This document shows positions 62,238 to 64,000 of a stretch of 64,000 bases of DNA, in pieces (position 1 is the stretch's first letter; each line of letters begins with the position of its first letter). Made by a program: the position numbers and the translations under genes. The stretch comes from Eledone cirrhosa (Eukaryota): assembly GCA_964016885.1 (NCBI GenBank), contig CAXHJY010001449.1:1-64000 (forward strand), in the 5' to 3' direction. The notes under the pieces were generated by a model. It saw only the letters and a program-made list of their open reading frames with translations. It was not told the origin of the DNA and ran no database searches.

Positions 62238-62418
62238 GTATGTATATATATATATGTATATATATATGTATATATATATGTATATATATATATGTATATA
62301 TATATGCATGTATATATATATGTATATATATATATGCATGTATATATATATGTATATATATATGCATGTATATATATATATGTATATATATGTATATATA
62401 TATGTGTATATATATATG

Positions 62419-62485
<67 letters not shown>

Positions 62486-62750
62486 GTATATATATGTATA
62501 TCGATATATATATGTAGATATATATATATATGTATATATATATATATGTATATATATGTATATATATGTATATATATATATATGTATATATATGTATATA
62601 TATATATATGTATATATATGTATATATATTTATATGTATATATGTGTATGTATATGTATATATGTGTATGTATATATGTGTATGTATATATATATATGTG
62701 TATGTATATATATATGTATATATATTTATATGTATATATATATGTGTATG

Positions 62751-62782
<32 letters not shown>

Positions 62783-62816
62783 TATGTGTGTATGTATATA
62801 TATGTATATATATATA

Positions 62817-62862
<46 letters not shown>
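62126..62862. repeat. (TA)n/TATG microsatellite
   Basis: Direct observation. Confidence 0.95.
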
Positions 62863-62867
<5 letters not shown>

Positions 62868-62926
62868 GTGAGGTTTTTTTTTTTTACAAAATGAAAAATA
62901 ACCGAGGTGTCCTACACGAGTGGAAG

Positions 62927-63154
62927 TATAAAGAAAAAGGGATGAAATCGAAAATGCAACTGAAGTCTTATTTTTTTAAAAAATATATATATTTATTTGG
63001 TTCCTTTACATGTGAGAAAAACCACAGACCCTCCATCTCAACTCACCTTTTGAAAAGCAGAAGAACTGCGAAACCGGTAAAGGAACCAAATAAATATATA
63101 TATTTAAAAAAAAAAAATAAGACTTCAGTTGCATTTTCGATTTCATCCCTTTTT

Positions 63155-63161
<7 letters not shown>
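62927..63161. repeat. ~84-bp inverted repeat enclosing a hammerhead
   Basis: 62927-63009 versus 63077-63161. Confidence 0.88.
63046..63083 (+). ncRNA. Minimal 38-nt type I hammerhead, U3-A8 variant
   Basis: cctt TTGAAAA gcag aagaa ctgc GAAA ccgg TA aagg. Confidence 0.8.
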
Positions 63162-63227
<66 letters not shown>

Positions 63228-63258
63228 TATATATATATATATGTGTGTTATATATATA

Positions 63259-63305
<47 letters not shown>

Positions 63306-63411
63306 GTATAAATATATATATATGTATAGATATATATTTGTATATATGTATATATATATATATATATGTGTTATATATATATATATATGTGTGTGTATAT
63401 ATATATATATA

Positions 63412-63492
<81 letters not shown>

Positions 63493-63555
63493 GTATATAT
63501 ATATTTGTATATATGTATATATATATATGTAAATATATATATATATATATGTATG

Positions 63556-64000
63556 TGGCGGAACTCACTGGATGCTGGATATGTGCCAGAAAACCTTCTA
63601 TCCCAGTCTGTTGTCCCAGTTTTCAAAAAGGGAAACAAATCCCTTGCCGTGAATTACCGTCCAATCTCACTCACCTCTCATATCATTAAGGTATTTGAGC
63701 GAGTGGTGAGATCGCGAATGACCCACTTCCTTGAGAGTAACAATATGCTGAACTCCAACCAGCATGGATTCCGTAATGGAAGGGATTGCCTGACGCAGCT
63801 ACTGCATCACTTTGATGACATTTTGAGAGCCTTGGGAGAGGGTTCCAACACTGATGTTATCTACCTTGATTTCAGCAAGGCCTTTGACAGGGTTGATCAT
63901 AACATTCTACTGAGAAAGCTGTCCAATATTGGTGTCACTGGAAAGCTGCTGCAGTGGATCAAGAGCTTCCTGTCAAACAGAACCCAACATGTTGTAGTTG
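63556..64000 (+). mobile_element. CR1-group LINE reverse transcriptase fragment, 5'-truncated, runs off window
   Basis: Open frame [49 protein letters not shown]. Confidence 0.88.

Overview
AT-rich eukaryotic repeat desert with no recognisable host gene. The microsatellite and SINE content suggests an octopus or other cephalopod (inference). Nearly all long ORFs in the track are artefacts of (TA)n/(TATG)n microsatellites. The real content is nested mobile elements: an apparently intact Naiad-type Penelope-like element (PLE; RT + GIY-YIG, 50782-53223, minus) with direct and inverted pseudo-LTRs, a second 5'-truncated PLE, solo pLTR fragments, a decayed RTE LINE with a PHD-like finger, a Rep-less Helitron, a CR1-type RT fragment, a pogo/Tigger remnant, SINEs, MITEs and a 17-kb 53-bp satellite with a ~5.6-kb higher-order duplication. 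The main hidden signal is nine complete type I hammerhead ribozyme motifs from about six unrelated sequence families, found by eye on both strands. All lie in PLE-type termini next to TA microsatellites, most have a palindromic stem III, two carry the compensatory U3-A8 core and one has a ~115-nt stem II. All calls are from manual reading; no searches were run.
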